The notes under the pieces were generated by a model. It had not been told where the DNA came from and made no database searches. It worked only from the letters and a program-made list of their open reading frames with translations. 25,638 nt of DNA from a virus (lineage: Duplodnaviria; Caudoviricetes), in IMG/VR virus record IMGVR_UViG_3300044452_000280, positions 1 through 25,638 of that record, one strand, 5' to 3'. A program made the position numbers and the translations under genes. This document shows positions 16,051 through 25,070 of this stretch, piece by piece (the first letter of the stretch is position 1; every line of letters starts with the position of its first letter).

Positions 16051-16586
16051 TGGCCGTGCTTCTACGCCAAGACACGGGCGACACGCTGGAGCTCGACGCC
16101 GTCGAGGTCGAGGTCACCTACCCGGCCTTCCTCTCGGAGTTCCCCGTCGCCGAGGGCGTGCCCGTGACGGACCACCGGCAGCGGGGACTCGTCCGCGTGA
16201 ACCTGCGCGCGTTCGCCTCGGACGTCGTGGGCGGTGCCGGCTCCATCGAGGCCGTCGCGGACTGGCTGCGCCAGGCCGAGTACGCCAAGCTCACCCTGTC
16301 GTACGACGACGGCCCCGAGATCCCCGACCTCGTGATCGGCACCTGGCAGCGCCGACGCTCGGCCGACCTGGTGCGTGAGGCCCTGCTCGTCCCCCTGTCG
16401 CAGCGCCTCGAGGTCTCCGTCTCGTCCACCGAGGTCACCCTTCCGCGCGCCGACTACGCCGACCGCCGCGGCCTCGACGAAGACGGGGCGCAGTCCGGCA
16501 GCGACGCCGACGGCAAGTCCATCGCCGCGGCCGGCTTCGATGCGGCCTCCGAGGCGTTCGACCGCTTCTTCGGCGGAGGTGGCTGA
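16050..16586 (+). CDS. baseplate Dit-like / tube initiator protein
   Basis: LELDAV and SEFPVAEG.PVTDH motifs; follows the tape measure. Confidence 0.75.
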   Translation: MAVLLRQDTGDTLELDAVEVEVTYPAFLSEFPVAEGVPVTDHRQRGLVRVNLRAFASDVVGGAGSIEAVADWLRQAEYAKLTLSYDDGPEIPDLVIGTWQRRRSADLVREALLVPLSQRLEVSVSSTEVTLPRADYADRRGLDEDGAQSGSDADGKSIAAAGFDAASEAFDRFFGGGG

Positions 16587-16909
16587 TGGCGAGACGTTGG
16601 CCGCTCCGAACTGCTGCCGTTGGGTTCCGTGCCTCGTACGACCCCGGCGGCATCGAGCTCAACATCTCGTGGCGGTGGTGGGCGCACCTCGAGCAGTGGC
16701 GTGCGACCGTGGAGGATGCCGACGGCGGGGTCCTCTTCGCCTCGATCCCCGTGAGCATCGGCGCGGACCTGTTCCTCGACCGGACGCTTCCCGGTCTTCC
16801 GCCGGGTCGCCTCCGCGTCGGTGGACCCCGTCACCTCGACCTCGACGCCAAGGACCAGCTCGCCGCCTGCGAGCTCATGTACCTACCGGACAGCGAGCCG
16901 TCGCCATGA
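16586..16909 (+). CDS. baseplate plug-like protein
   Basis: 107 aa. W.W.....QW...V.DADG..L...IP...G.DL...LPPG.L and terminal LMYL motifs. Confidence 0.7.
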   Translation: MARRWPLRTAAVGFRASYDPGGIELNISWRWWAHLEQWRATVEDADGGVLFASIPVSIGADLFLDRTLPGLPPGRLRVGGPRHLDLDAKDQLAACELMYLPDSEPSP

Positions 16910-17754
16910 CCCAGTACGGGCGCGTCATCGAGGTCCGCGTGGGCCAGCCAGGAGCGACCCCGAAGTCCCTGCTGTCGGTCCGCTCGCTCACGCCCACTGG
17001 GTACTTCGAGCCCGGGTTCGCGATGTCGTTCTCCGTGCGCAGGACCTCCGAGCGGCGCGACGACGTCGGCGAGGTCGTGGTCCACAACCCCGGCCCCGAG
17101 ATCCTCGGCGAGCTGCAGGACGAGGGCTTCATCACCCAGGTGCTCGCCGGCTACGGCGGACAGCGCGCGATGGTCCTGACCGGCAAGCTGGTGCCGTCGA
17201 CGCTCGCCATCCGCACCGACCGCGGCACGCAGACGGCCACCTGGCGCGTCACCGACGGCGGGGTGTCCCTGCGCAGCCTGCGGATCGCCCGGTCCTGGCG
17301 CTCGCTGCGGGCGTCGGCCGGCTTCGACTGGGTCATCGAGACCGCGGGCCTCACCCGCGGCGTCATCCGGCTCGGCAAGGACCACGAGTATGCCCGCGCC
17401 GTGCTGCTGTCGGGCACCGTGGCGAGCATCCTGTCGCGCCTCGCCCGGGACAGCCGGTCGAACTGGTCGATGCAGGACGGCCGGCTCAACGTCTGGCCGA
17501 AGGACGAGCAGCGCAAGGTCCGCGCGCTCACCTTCTCGCCGCGGTCGGGTCTCATCGGCGAGCCCAGGCAGCGGGACAAGCGCCGGATCGAGATCAGCAC
17601 GCTCCTCGCGCCGTCGATGCGACCTGGTGACCTGTACGTCCTCGAGGGTGTCCGCCACGCCGGCCGGTACATCGCCGAGGAGGTCCACCACGACGGCGAG
17701 AGCGGGTACGAGTCCCGGTTCACGACCCAGCTGGTCGGTCGGAGGGCGGCATGA
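16906..17754 (+). CDS. baseplate hub protein
   Basis: ATGA overlap. QYGR, LAGYG, WSMQDG.L, SP.SGLIGEP and LL.P.MRPG motifs. Confidence 0.82.
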   Translation: MTQYGRVIEVRVGQPGATPKSLLSVRSLTPTGYFEPGFAMSFSVRRTSERRDDVGEVVVHNPGPEILGELQDEGFITQVLAGYGGQRAMVLTGKLVPSTLAIRTDRGTQTATWRVTDGGVSLRSLRIARSWRSLRASAGFDWVIETAGLTRGVIRLGKDHEYARAVLLSGTVASILSRLARDSRSNWSMQDGRLNVWPKDEQRKVRALTFSPRSGLIGEPRQRDKRRIEISTLLAPSMRPGDLYVLEGVRHAGRYIAEEVHHDGESGYESRFTTQLVGRRAA

Positions 17755-18437
17755 GCAAGCTCGCCAAGATGGCCGCCCGCCACGCATCGGCCGCCGCCAA
17801 CGACATCCGGGGCCCCATCGCCGCCCGCGTCGTCGCGTACGACGCCGACGAGCACACCGTCACCGTGCAGCCGCTCGTGGTCGACCGCGAACTCGACCCG
17901 GACGGCGAGCTGCAAGACGTCCCGACGGAGACGATCCCCGGCGTGCCCGTCTGCTTCCTCCAGGTCGGCGGCCTCACACTCACCGCGGCGCCCCACGTCG
18001 GCGAGGTCGGCCTGCTCGTGACCCGCGACGGCTCCCACGACGAGGTCGACGACGGCGCGTACCCGGCGACAGGAGCCGTGAGCCCCGCGTCCGACCGACG
18101 GTGGGACCGGTCCGACGCCGTCTACCAGCCCGTGAGCCTCATCCCGCAGACGCTCACGAGCTCGCAGCTCCGGAGCGACGGTCAGCCGGTGATGGCGTTC
18201 CCCGCGGGCGAGGTCCTTCACCTCGGGGATGCCAACGCCACCAAGCGGCCGACCACGGACGACCGCGTCGCCGCCCGGTTCGCACGCATCGAGAACTACC
18301 TGAACACGGTGACCTACACGGTGAGCGGCTCGGCCACGCTCGCCCCCACGCCGCCGCCGTTTGGTCCCACCGGCATCGTCGGGCAGGTCACCACCGCCGA
18401 CGACGTCGCCTCCACCCGCCTGAAGGTCGACGACTGA
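17751..18437 (+). CDS. baseplate central spike (Gp138-like)
   Basis: ARVVAYD....TVTVQPL, IPGVPV.F...GG..LT.....G..GLL and RRWD.SDA motifs. Confidence 0.85.
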   Translation: MSKLAKMAARHASAAANDIRGPIAARVVAYDADEHTVTVQPLVVDRELDPDGELQDVPTETIPGVPVCFLQVGGLTLTAAPHVGEVGLLVTRDGSHDEVDDGAYPATGAVSPASDRRWDRSDAVYQPVSLIPQTLTSSQLRSDGQPVMAFPAGEVLHLGDANATKRPTTDDRVAARFARIENYLNTVTYTVSGSATLAPTPPPFGPTGIVGQVTTADDVASTRLKVDD

Positions 18438-18853
18438 TGCCCTACGCCACCAACAGCGACGGCTCCATCTCGTTCCCTCTGCGGGAGGTCTTCGGCCTCG
18501 AGGCCGTGGCCACCAAGATCCTCACGCGGCTCCGGACCGTCCGCGGCGAGTGGCCGACCGACACCGCGTTGGGTCTCCCGTGGCTCGCCTGGCTGGAGAA
18601 CACGCCTTCCCAAGCCGTCGTCGAGGCCGCGGTCCGGGATCAACTCCGGCGCGTCGAGGGCGTCCTCGAGGTCCGCGACCTCTTGGTCGGCATCGGGCTC
18701 GCCACCACCATCCGCGCCACCGTCGTCGCCGAGCTGGACGGCGAGGCCGGGACTCTCGAACTGGGCACCCCGGGGCCGTACGCCAGCCGCGGCGCACCCC
18801 AGTGGTACCGCATCGGCGGCCCGCTCCGGCGCGGCTCGCCCGCCATCGTGTGA
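18437..18853 (+). CDS. baseplate wedge / sheath initiator (gp25-like)
   Basis: G.EAVA..I..RLRT.RGEW..DT..GLPW and VEGV.EV motifs. Confidence 0.8.
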   Translation: MPYATNSDGSISFPLREVFGLEAVATKILTRLRTVRGEWPTDTALGLPWLAWLENTPSQAVVEAAVRDQLRRVEGVLEVRDLLVGIGLATTIRATVVAELDGEAGTLELGTPGPYASRGAPQWYRIGGPLRRGSPAIV

Positions 18854-18860
18854 GGCATCC

Positions 18861-19958
18861 ATGGGCAACATGACCGACACCGGCTGGGTCCCCGAGACTT
18901 CCGGCGCATGGACGGAGCAGATCCGCGCCGACATCGAGCGCCGCGGCATCTCGCCGGACTGGGACCGGACGAACGAAGGCGCGTGGACCGACGGCCTCGG
19001 GCTCACGGGCTCACGCATCGACCAGGGCTTCGCGCTCGTCGTCGACGCCATCGACATCCGGCGAGCGCGCGGCGCAGTCCTCGACGCCCACGGTCAGCAG
19101 GCCGGCGTCCCGCGCAAGCCCGCCACCCGCAGCCAGTACACGTTCCGCGCGACCGCGACGACGGGCTCGCTGTCCTACACCGCCGGGCTGCAGGTCGAGG
19201 ACGCATCCGGGCAACGCTGGCGCGTCGTCGACACCACCACCATCACCACGACGCCGACGGGCGTGGTCTTCGAGGCCCTCGACGAAGGTCCGGTCACGAT
19301 CACGACGGCAACGACGCTGCGGATCGTCAACCCACTCGACCGGCTCGGCAGCGTCACCTTCGACCCCGCCGACGACGACCCCGTCACCGTCGGCACCTTC
19401 CGCGAGAAGGACCCGCCCTACCGTGTGCGCATTCAGAGGGCGTCGCTCGGCCATCCTCTCCGCGCGCAGCTCGAGGCCCTGTCCTGGGTCACGAAGGCCA
19501 GCGTGGTCCGAACCGCGCCGGGCGTCCTCCGCGTCTCCGTGGTCCCGACGCCGACCGCCGCCCAAGCCCCCGAGCTCTTCGCCACCATCCGCGACGGCAT
19601 CGACCCCGGCATCGACACCGACGACGACGGCGCGACCCTCTCCGACACCGTCATCCTCGACGACGGCGTGAGCACCGACACCATCCACGCGTTCACGGGC
19701 GACACCGAGACCGTCACCGTCGTCCGCGCCGTCTCCGTCGAGACCGGCTTCGTGCAGTCCGACGTCGAGGACGACGTCGACGCCGCCATCGACGAGGTCT
19801 TCGCCAGCATCGAGCAGGGGCAGACCCTCAAGTACGTCGACGTCTACTGCGCGGCCGCCGCGGTCGAGGGCGTGGACAACCTCGCACTCACGCTCAACGG
19901 CGGCGTCGCCAACGTGTCGCCGACGCTGTCCACGAACATCCTGACGAGGTCCACATGA
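18861..19958 (+). CDS. baseplate J/gp47-family wedge protein
   Basis: A.GAVLD..G...GV.RK.AT.S, F.A...GP, G..RE.D..YR.R and VEGV motifs. Confidence 0.85.
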   Translation: MGNMTDTGWVPETSGAWTEQIRADIERRGISPDWDRTNEGAWTDGLGLTGSRIDQGFALVVDAIDIRRARGAVLDAHGQQAGVPRKPATRSQYTFRATATTGSLSYTAGLQVEDASGQRWRVVDTTTITTTPTGVVFEALDEGPVTITTATTLRIVNPLDRLGSVTFDPADDDPVTVGTFREKDPPYRVRIQRASLGHPLRAQLEALSWVTKASVVRTAPGVLRVSVVPTPTAAQAPELFATIRDGIDPGIDTDDDGATLSDTVILDDGVSTDTIHAFTGDTETVTVVRAVSVETGFVQSDVEDDVDAAIDEVFASIEQGQTLKYVDVYCAAAAVEGVDNLALTLNGGVANVSPTLSTNILTRST

Positions 19959-20557
19959 GCGACGTCTACCCGGCGACCCCCGACTGGGACGCCGCCGTTC
20001 TGGCCACCCTGCCCTCGCTCGCGACCGCGGGCGACGGCAAGGCGTGGATCCTCGGGCTGACGGACAAGCTCGCCGAGCTCGACGCCGCCGCCGAGGGTCT
20101 CGTCCGCGAGCTGCTCGACATCGAGAGTGCCGGCGCGTACGTCCTCGCCGCGAAGGGAGCCAGGTACCAGCTCGCCCGCGGCGGCATGTCGATCCCGGAG
20201 TACCGTCGGATCGTCGCCGGTGCCGAAGCCGCCCAGGCGTGCCGGCGGCGACGAAGCTGGCGGACGCTCACGAATGCGTTTCGGGTGCTCTGCGGGACCG
20301 AGGACGTGCTCTGCCGGCGCATCAAGTCGAGGGGCGAGCCCGCGGTCTTCCTCGAGGGCCGCATCACCTTCCAGCCGTCCATCGCGTGGCTCGCCGCAGC
20401 CGGCCGCGTGGTCTCCATGGCCGTCGACCCCGCCATCGAGTGGGAAGCGGCCGTCGTCTCCATCAACACCGCCCAGTGGGACAACGGCACCTGGCAGTGG
20501 GACAACGGCACCTGGTCGACCTCCCCCTGGTCCTACCCCCTCCTCGGAGGCCCCTGA
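19955..20557 (+). CDS. baseplate wedge protein (DUF2612/gp48-like)
   Basis: ATGA overlap after baseplate J. LDIESA...L...G......RGG....EYRR motif. Confidence 0.7.
   Translation: MSDVYPATPDWDAAVLATLPSLATAGDGKAWILGLTDKLAELDAAAEGLVRELLDIESAGAYVLAAKGARYQLARGGMSIPEYRRIVAGAEAAQACRRRRSWRTLTNAFRVLCGTEDVLCRRIKSRGEPAVFLEGRITFQPSIAWLAAAGRVVSMAVDPAIEWEAAVVSINTAQWDNGTWQWDNGTWSTSPWSYPLLGGP
20474..20515 (+). repeat. perfect 21-bp tandem duplication (QWDNGTW x2)
   Basis: CAGTGGGACAACGGCACCTGG at 20474-20494 and 20495-20515. Confidence 0.95.
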
Positions 20558-21417
20558 TGACGTTCGCCAACAAGCCCGCCAAGTGGGCGACTGGCTCCTC
20601 CTACGTGACCGCACCACCGGCCGCCCGACTCACCCGCGGGTTCGAGCCTCCTGACGCGATCAACCCCGGGCAGATGAACTGGCTGTTCCAGCAGCTCACC
20701 GCCTACCTCAACGACGGGCAGCTCGAGGTCAACGACGCCAACGCGAGCGACGCCATGTCCATCGCAGCCGGCGGCCGGATCGACCTCGACGCCGGCGTCA
20801 CCACCGATTCCGACCTGGCGATGACCGCCACGAACCAGGTGACCATCACCGGCAACGCAGGCGTCGCCATCGCGGCGGGAACCGGGGTCACGGCCATCGA
20901 GCGGCCCGAAGCCGACGAGTACCGCCTCGCCTCACCGCGGACCGAGGTGTGGGACTTCGGGCCGGCGCGGGGTGGGTACACCCAGGTGCGTGGCGCGACG
21001 CAGGTCGTGGACATCGACTCGAACGGTGGCTTCATCATCGACAACCCAAGCGCGGCCGCAGCATTCACGTACCGGCGGCCGCTCGACTTGCCGGCAGGCG
21101 TCGGAGGTTCTCCGACCTACACGCTGGCAGGCGCAGCGATGAAGGTCCGCGCAGACGATGCAACATCCTCGGTGGTGGTCCGTCTTGTCTCGCTCGCGGT
21201 CACGGGCGCGGCGGCGTCCGAGTCGGTCACCACACTCCTCGACACGGCTGGGAGCACCTTCGACTACGACGACAATCCCGCGGCCAGCGCATCGCTGCCG
21301 ATCACGCTAACGCCCGGCAACCGGTACGCGATCGAGGTTGAGCTCAACTACGCGAACACCAGCCATACGCTTGGTGTCCAGCGGCTGGATGTGTCGCTGA
21401 CGAGGGATCGGCTCTAG
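20557..21417 (+). CDS. tail fibre-like protein
   Basis: GGAGG RBS and TGATG overlap. N-terminal KWA.....P......GF.......QMNWLFQQL baseplate-attachment motif; beta-rich C-terminus. Confidence 0.7.
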   Translation: MTFANKPAKWATGSSYVTAPPAARLTRGFEPPDAINPGQMNWLFQQLTAYLNDGQLEVNDANASDAMSIAAGGRIDLDAGVTTDSDLAMTATNQVTITGNAGVAIAAGTGVTAIERPEADEYRLASPRTEVWDFGPARGGYTQVRGATQVVDIDSNGGFIIDNPSAAAAFTYRRPLDLPAGVGGSPTYTLAGAAMKVRADDATSSVVVRLVSLAVTGAAASESVTTLLDTAGSTFDYDDNPAASASLPITLTPGNRYAIEVELNYANTSHTLGVQRLDVSLTRDRL

Positions 21418-21899
21418 CGAGATCGCAACTCGAAGCGGAACCGGTCGGCACGGGACTCCAGGCACTCGGCGACGACGGCTCCCTCGAAGACTCGAAGGTC
21501 AACGGGAGTCCATTCGGCCTCGCCGCAGCATCCGGAATCGTACAGCCACATTTCGGCCCGCAGCGGCGGCTCCCACCCGTCTGGCAGTTGCCAGACATCA
21601 ACGAGCGGGCTGTCCGTCTCCGAGTAGTCCGCATCCGCGCAGTCGAAGGACGCGAGCACGGTACCGAACGCGGGTCCGTCCGGAGTGACACCCGCCGCCG
21701 CCGCGACTCCGTCGAGGTCGGTGGTCACGGTGGCCAGCTCCTCGCCGACAGCCGTGAGCTCGGCCGTGAGCGCATCCCGCTCCGCCTCCAGAGCCGCGAT
21801 CCGGTCCAGCGCCGTGGCGAGGTCGGCCTCGAGGGAGTCCAGACGCTTCGTGTCGGTCGAGCAGGCCACGAGCAGCAGCGGCAACGCCAGTCGGTACAT
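21414..21899 (-). CDS. antisense lipoprotein with a coiled coil (moron-like)
   Basis: GAGG RBS, MYRLALPLLLVA-C lipobox, heptad coiled coil (LDSLEADLATALDRIAALEAE...), C-terminal domain with 4 Cys. Its stop overlaps the fibre gene stop (CTAG). Confidence 0.8.
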   Translation of the reverse strand: MYRLALPLLLVACSTDTKRLDSLEADLATALDRIAALEAERDALTAELTAVGEELATVTTDLDGVAAAAGVTPDGPAFGTVLASFDCADADYSETDSPLVDVWQLPDGWEPPLRAEMWLYDSGCCGEAEWTPVDLRVFEGAVVAECLESRADRFRFELRSR

Positions 21900-21944
21900 C
21901 TTCATCCTCGTCGGAAAGCCCATCATCGGCTGGAGTACCTCGGT

Positions 21945-21978
21945 GGTGTCGACGTGGTCACGCACGTTCGTCGACACC
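21945..21978. repeat. 10-bp perfect inverted repeat in a divergent intergenic region
   Basis: GGTGTCGACG (21945-21954) / CGTCGACACC (21969-21978). Confidence 0.7.
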
Positions 21979-22036
21979 GAACACCGAACCAGCGTTGTTC
22001 GACCATGCGTGCTATGCCGTCCGCATCGGAGGACCG

Positions 22037-22819
22037 ATGTCGAGGCAGACGGAGAGCATCAGGCAGGCCCTGCTCGCCGCAGGAACGCACCCGGTTCTGC
22101 AGGTCGCGCCCCTGGACTGCACCGTGCTGCCGACGTCGACGAGCAACGGCTACGACGTCGGCGAGAGCCTGGTCGCGTTCCTCAAGTGTTCGCTCCGACG
22201 AGATGCCGGCCGCGTCTGCACCATCACCGTCGACACCTTCGACGGGTCCGCGACCTACACCTGCGACCTCGGCGCTGCCAGCACCGCGGTGGTCGCAAGT
22301 CCGGCTGACCTCGGCGGCCTGCTGTCGGCATGGAAGACCGCCATCGAGGCGCTCGCCGACGCCGACGGCGACCCCATCGCCACCGCCGCCATCTTCGACG
22401 CCGACGGCGACGGCACCGACGACAGCCTCCGCATCGTGGGTCTCAAACCGGCCGGGTATCGGTTCGCGGTCAGCGCCACGGGCTCAGCCGCTCTGGCGCT
22501 CACCCTCGACCCCGACAGCTGCACCGTCGACGTGTACGGCGCGCTCCCGTCGTCCGCGGTCCCCTCGAGCAAGGTGCCGGACGCCGAGGACCTCCTCCAA
22601 GCTCGGAGCTGGGACAAGATCCGCGGCTCGTCGGTGATGCTCGACGGCTCCGGCGACCTGGTCCGCATCGAGTGCGCCGGTCTCGGGAGCATCCGCCCGC
22701 ACGTGCACAGCATCGACGGCGTCACCGGCGACACCACGGCGACCGGCTCGGGCATCTCGTCTGTCACGCGTCGCACGGTGCTCTGCATCATGACGCCCTG
22801 CCAGCTCGGGTCTGCCTGA
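22037..22819 (+). CDS. hypothetical, probably virion-associated protein
   Basis: GGAGGA RBS, high-GC3 codons, beta-rich; contains DADGD and DADGDGTDD. Confidence 0.75.
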   Translation: MSRQTESIRQALLAAGTHPVLQVAPLDCTVLPTSTSNGYDVGESLVAFLKCSLRRDAGRVCTITVDTFDGSATYTCDLGAASTAVVASPADLGGLLSAWKTAIEALADADGDPIATAAIFDADGDGTDDSLRIVGLKPAGYRFAVSATGSAALALTLDPDSCTVDVYGALPSSAVPSSKVPDAEDLLQARSWDKIRGSSVMLDGSGDLVRIECAGLGSIRPHVHSIDGVTGDTTATGSGISSVTRRTVLCIMTPCQLGSA

Positions 22820-23760
22820 TGGGCATCTTCGACGGCCGGTCCATCGTCACCGCGGTCGCCGCCGAGGTGGTCGCGGACCCGGGCGTCGTCATCAGCGGTG
22901 GTGTCGCCACGCCCGACATCGCCAGCGGCGGGCTCAACAACGCCATCCAGACCGACGGCGTCGACCAGCTGTTCGTGTCCACCGCGGGCGCCCTCGCTGC
23001 TGCCCTCGGACTCGATGGCAACGCCGACCTGGTCATCGAGGTCGGAGACGCCCACGTCGACATGATCGTCGAGGACGGCGGCGCCCTGGCCATCGAGCTC
23101 CCGGACCGCTGGAACTACGCCGACCTCACGAGCCCGAAGTCGACGACCAACGGCGGCGTCACGCTCTCGGCCACCGCGCCCAACACCGACGGGGTCCACA
23201 CCGACCCGACCATCACCGGCGACGGCACCATCGACGACGGCCTGACCGAGCTCGAGCTGCTGTACTACGACCTGCGCGACGCCGCGGGCAACGTGGTCGA
23301 CGGCAGCGGGCACGACACGAGCGTCTCCTGGCACATCGCCCTCGACGGCACGCTGCCGACGAACGACGCCATCGTCATGGCCGGCATCGTGTGGCGCACG
23401 GACGCCGGCACCGTCGTGGGCGTGCACCTCACCGGCTACGCGCTCGGCTCGACGCTGCAGCGCTCGGCGGTCCACAACCTGTCGACGAGCAACAGCACCA
23501 CCAACATCGCCGGCAAGACGCGGATGTGGTCGGTGACGAACCCGGACCGAAGCGGGAACAACCTGCAGACGGTCACCAGCAACTACGACGCCGCCGCTGG
23601 TGGCTCGCTGCAGGACTTCACGCAGGTGAGCTCGGCGCATTCCATCGCGACGGCGACCCGGGTGGACTTCGTGGTCGCCATCGGCTGCAACAGCTCGAGC
23701 ACGACGCCCAACGTGATCCAGGGGCTCACCATCGGCCACGTCGCCACGAGGTGCGCGTGA
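22819..23760 (+). CDS. hypothetical Thr/Gly/Asp-rich protein, possible second fibre / receptor-binding protein
   Basis: TGATG overlap, 313 aa, beta-strand-rich composition, located distal to the baseplate genes. Confidence 0.65.
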   Translation: MGIFDGRSIVTAVAAEVVADPGVVISGGVATPDIASGGLNNAIQTDGVDQLFVSTAGALAAALGLDGNADLVIEVGDAHVDMIVEDGGALAIELPDRWNYADLTSPKSTTNGGVTLSATAPNTDGVHTDPTITGDGTIDDGLTELELLYYDLRDAAGNVVDGSGHDTSVSWHIALDGTLPTNDAIVMAGIVWRTDAGTVVGVHLTGYALGSTLQRSAVHNLSTSNSTTNIAGKTRMWSVTNPDRSGNNLQTVTSNYDAAAGGSLQDFTQVSSAHSIATATRVDFVVAIGCNSSSTTPNVIQGLTIGHVATRCA

Positions 23761-23972
23761 CGCTCCCCTTCCACGAGCTCGGCAACGGGGAGCGGCTGGC
23801 CGTCGACGACATCGACGAGCTGTACCTCATCCACGACGGCCGCTTCTGCCGGCTCGACGTCCGTGAGGCCAAGCAGATCACCGTCATCGACGGCGTTCCC
23901 CACTTCCGACCGCCCAACGACCACGTCGGCAACTGGGTGGCCCTCGACGTGACGCTCGTTCCCCTTCCCTGA
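23757..23972 (+). CDS. small hypothetical protein (possible fibre chaperone)
   Basis: GTGA overlap with a GAGG RBS, 71 aa, high-GC3 codons. Confidence 0.65.
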   Translation: MTLPFHELGNGERLAVDDIDELYLIHDGRFCRLDVREAKQITVIDGVPHFRPPNDHVGNWVALDVTLVPLP

Positions 23973-23979
23973 CCCCACC

Positions 23980-24423
23980 ATGGAGTCCCGCATGCTGCGC
24001 CCCCTGCTCTCCCTCTCCCTGTTCGCCTTGGCCTGCGACGGCCAGGTCCTCGCCGACGCCGACGGCACCGGTCCGACCGATGCCGTGGTCTGGACGTCGC
24101 CGCTGAACAGCCAGTCCGCGGGCCCGGCTCGGCCCCTGCTCTCGACCGTCATCTTCGGCGGCGACAACGAGCAGGCGTCCGTCGAGACCGACGACCCGCT
24201 CACGCTGCAGACGTTCTGGAACGACCGCCGCCTCATCTGGCTGGTCACCAACGACGACGCCGACATCGCCGAGCTGTGGTCCATCGGCGACCCGACCGTC
24301 ACGCCGTTCGACCCCGCCGACTTCCCCAACCGGATCCGGGTCGTCTTCAAGGACGGCTCCGACGCCGACATCGGCGACGTCTTCAACCGCGTCCAGTTCA
24401 CCGACCTCGACCCCGCCCCCTGA
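23980..24423 (+). CDS. hypothetical lipoprotein (start possibly ATG 23992)
   Basis: MLRPLLSLSLFALA-C lipobox; GGAG precedes the second ATG. Confidence 0.75.
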   Translation: MESRMLRPLLSLSLFALACDGQVLADADGTGPTDAVVWTSPLNSQSAGPARPLLSTVIFGGDNEQASVETDDPLTLQTFWNDRRLIWLVTNDDADIAELWSIGDPTVTPFDPADFPNRIRVVFKDGSDADIGDVFNRVQFTDLDPAP

Positions 24424-24436
24424 CCTGGAGCCCACC

Positions 24437-25066
24437 GTGAAGCCAGACATCGTCATCGAGCTCGCCACCGACGGGCTGTCCAAGGGCTTGCGCCTCATCC
24501 CGGCCGAGCCTCGTGCCGCCGCCGCCCTCGAGCTGGCCGCCACCATCGTCGAGGCCGTCGGCTACGGCGCCGCGGAGGCTGCTGCTGCGGCCGAGGACGG
24601 CGAGGTCGAGCCCGTCGAGATCTCCCAGGTCGTCGACGAGGTCGTCGACCGCGTCGACCATCTGATCCCCGGCCTGTCCCTGCTCCCCGAGGCCGAGCGC
24701 GACGACACCCGCACCGGCCTGCTGCTCGCGGTCCAGGCCCCCGTCGACGCCGTCCGCGCTCGCCTGTCGGGCGAGTCGTTCCGCCCGCTCACCGGCGAGC
24801 AGGAGGCCATCGTCGGCCGCGCGTTCAACACCCTCCTCATGCTGCTCTCCGAGACGCCGGTGGACGCTGCGGACGAGTTCGAGCCGCGGAAGCCCGGAGC
24901 CCGTCGTCGCGGTCGTCGCTGGAAGGCCCTGCGTCGTCTCGACGAGCGCCGCGTGGCCTCTGCAGCGGTTCGTGCCCTTCGCGGTGGTCTCACCGCCCCC
25001 GACCTCATCGCCCGCCTGCCATCCGGCATCCCGTGGGCAGCGCCTCCCCCGCAGCCGCAGGAGTAG
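24437..25066 (+). CDS. hypothetical protein upstream of the endolysin
   Basis: GGAG RBS and GTG start. Acidic helical N-part, Arg-rich C-part, no clear TM helix. Confidence 0.7.
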   Translation: MKPDIVIELATDGLSKGLRLIPAEPRAAAALELAATIVEAVGYGAAEAAAAAEDGEVEPVEISQVVDEVVDRVDHLIPGLSLLPEAERDDTRTGLLLAVQAPVDAVRARLSGESFRPLTGEQEAIVGRAFNTLLMLLSETPVDAADEFEPRKPGARRRGRRWKALRRLDERRVASAAVRALRGGLTAPDLIARLPSGIPWAAPPPQPQE

Positions 25067-25070
25067 ACCC

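Noticed and set aside
12258-21417. eCIS (Afp/PVC) or T6SS locus
   Set aside because: No AAA+ ATPase, VgrG/PAAR-type or membrane-complex genes are recognised. Head and neck genes are present and the order is that of a myophage.
2997-23739. Many long antisense or alternate-frame ORFs in the track (e.g. 2997..4496-, 7041..9269-, 11613..13580-, 13699..15750-, 22255..23739-)
   Set aside because: They are shadows of high-GC3 genes: they fully overlap motif-bearing + strand genes and translate to Arg/Gly/Val-rich sequence without motifs.
20557-23760. Diversity-generating retroelement or invertible fibre cassette
   Set aside because: No reverse transcriptase or invertase in the window, and no TR/VR-like repeat pair noticed between fibre C-termini by eye.
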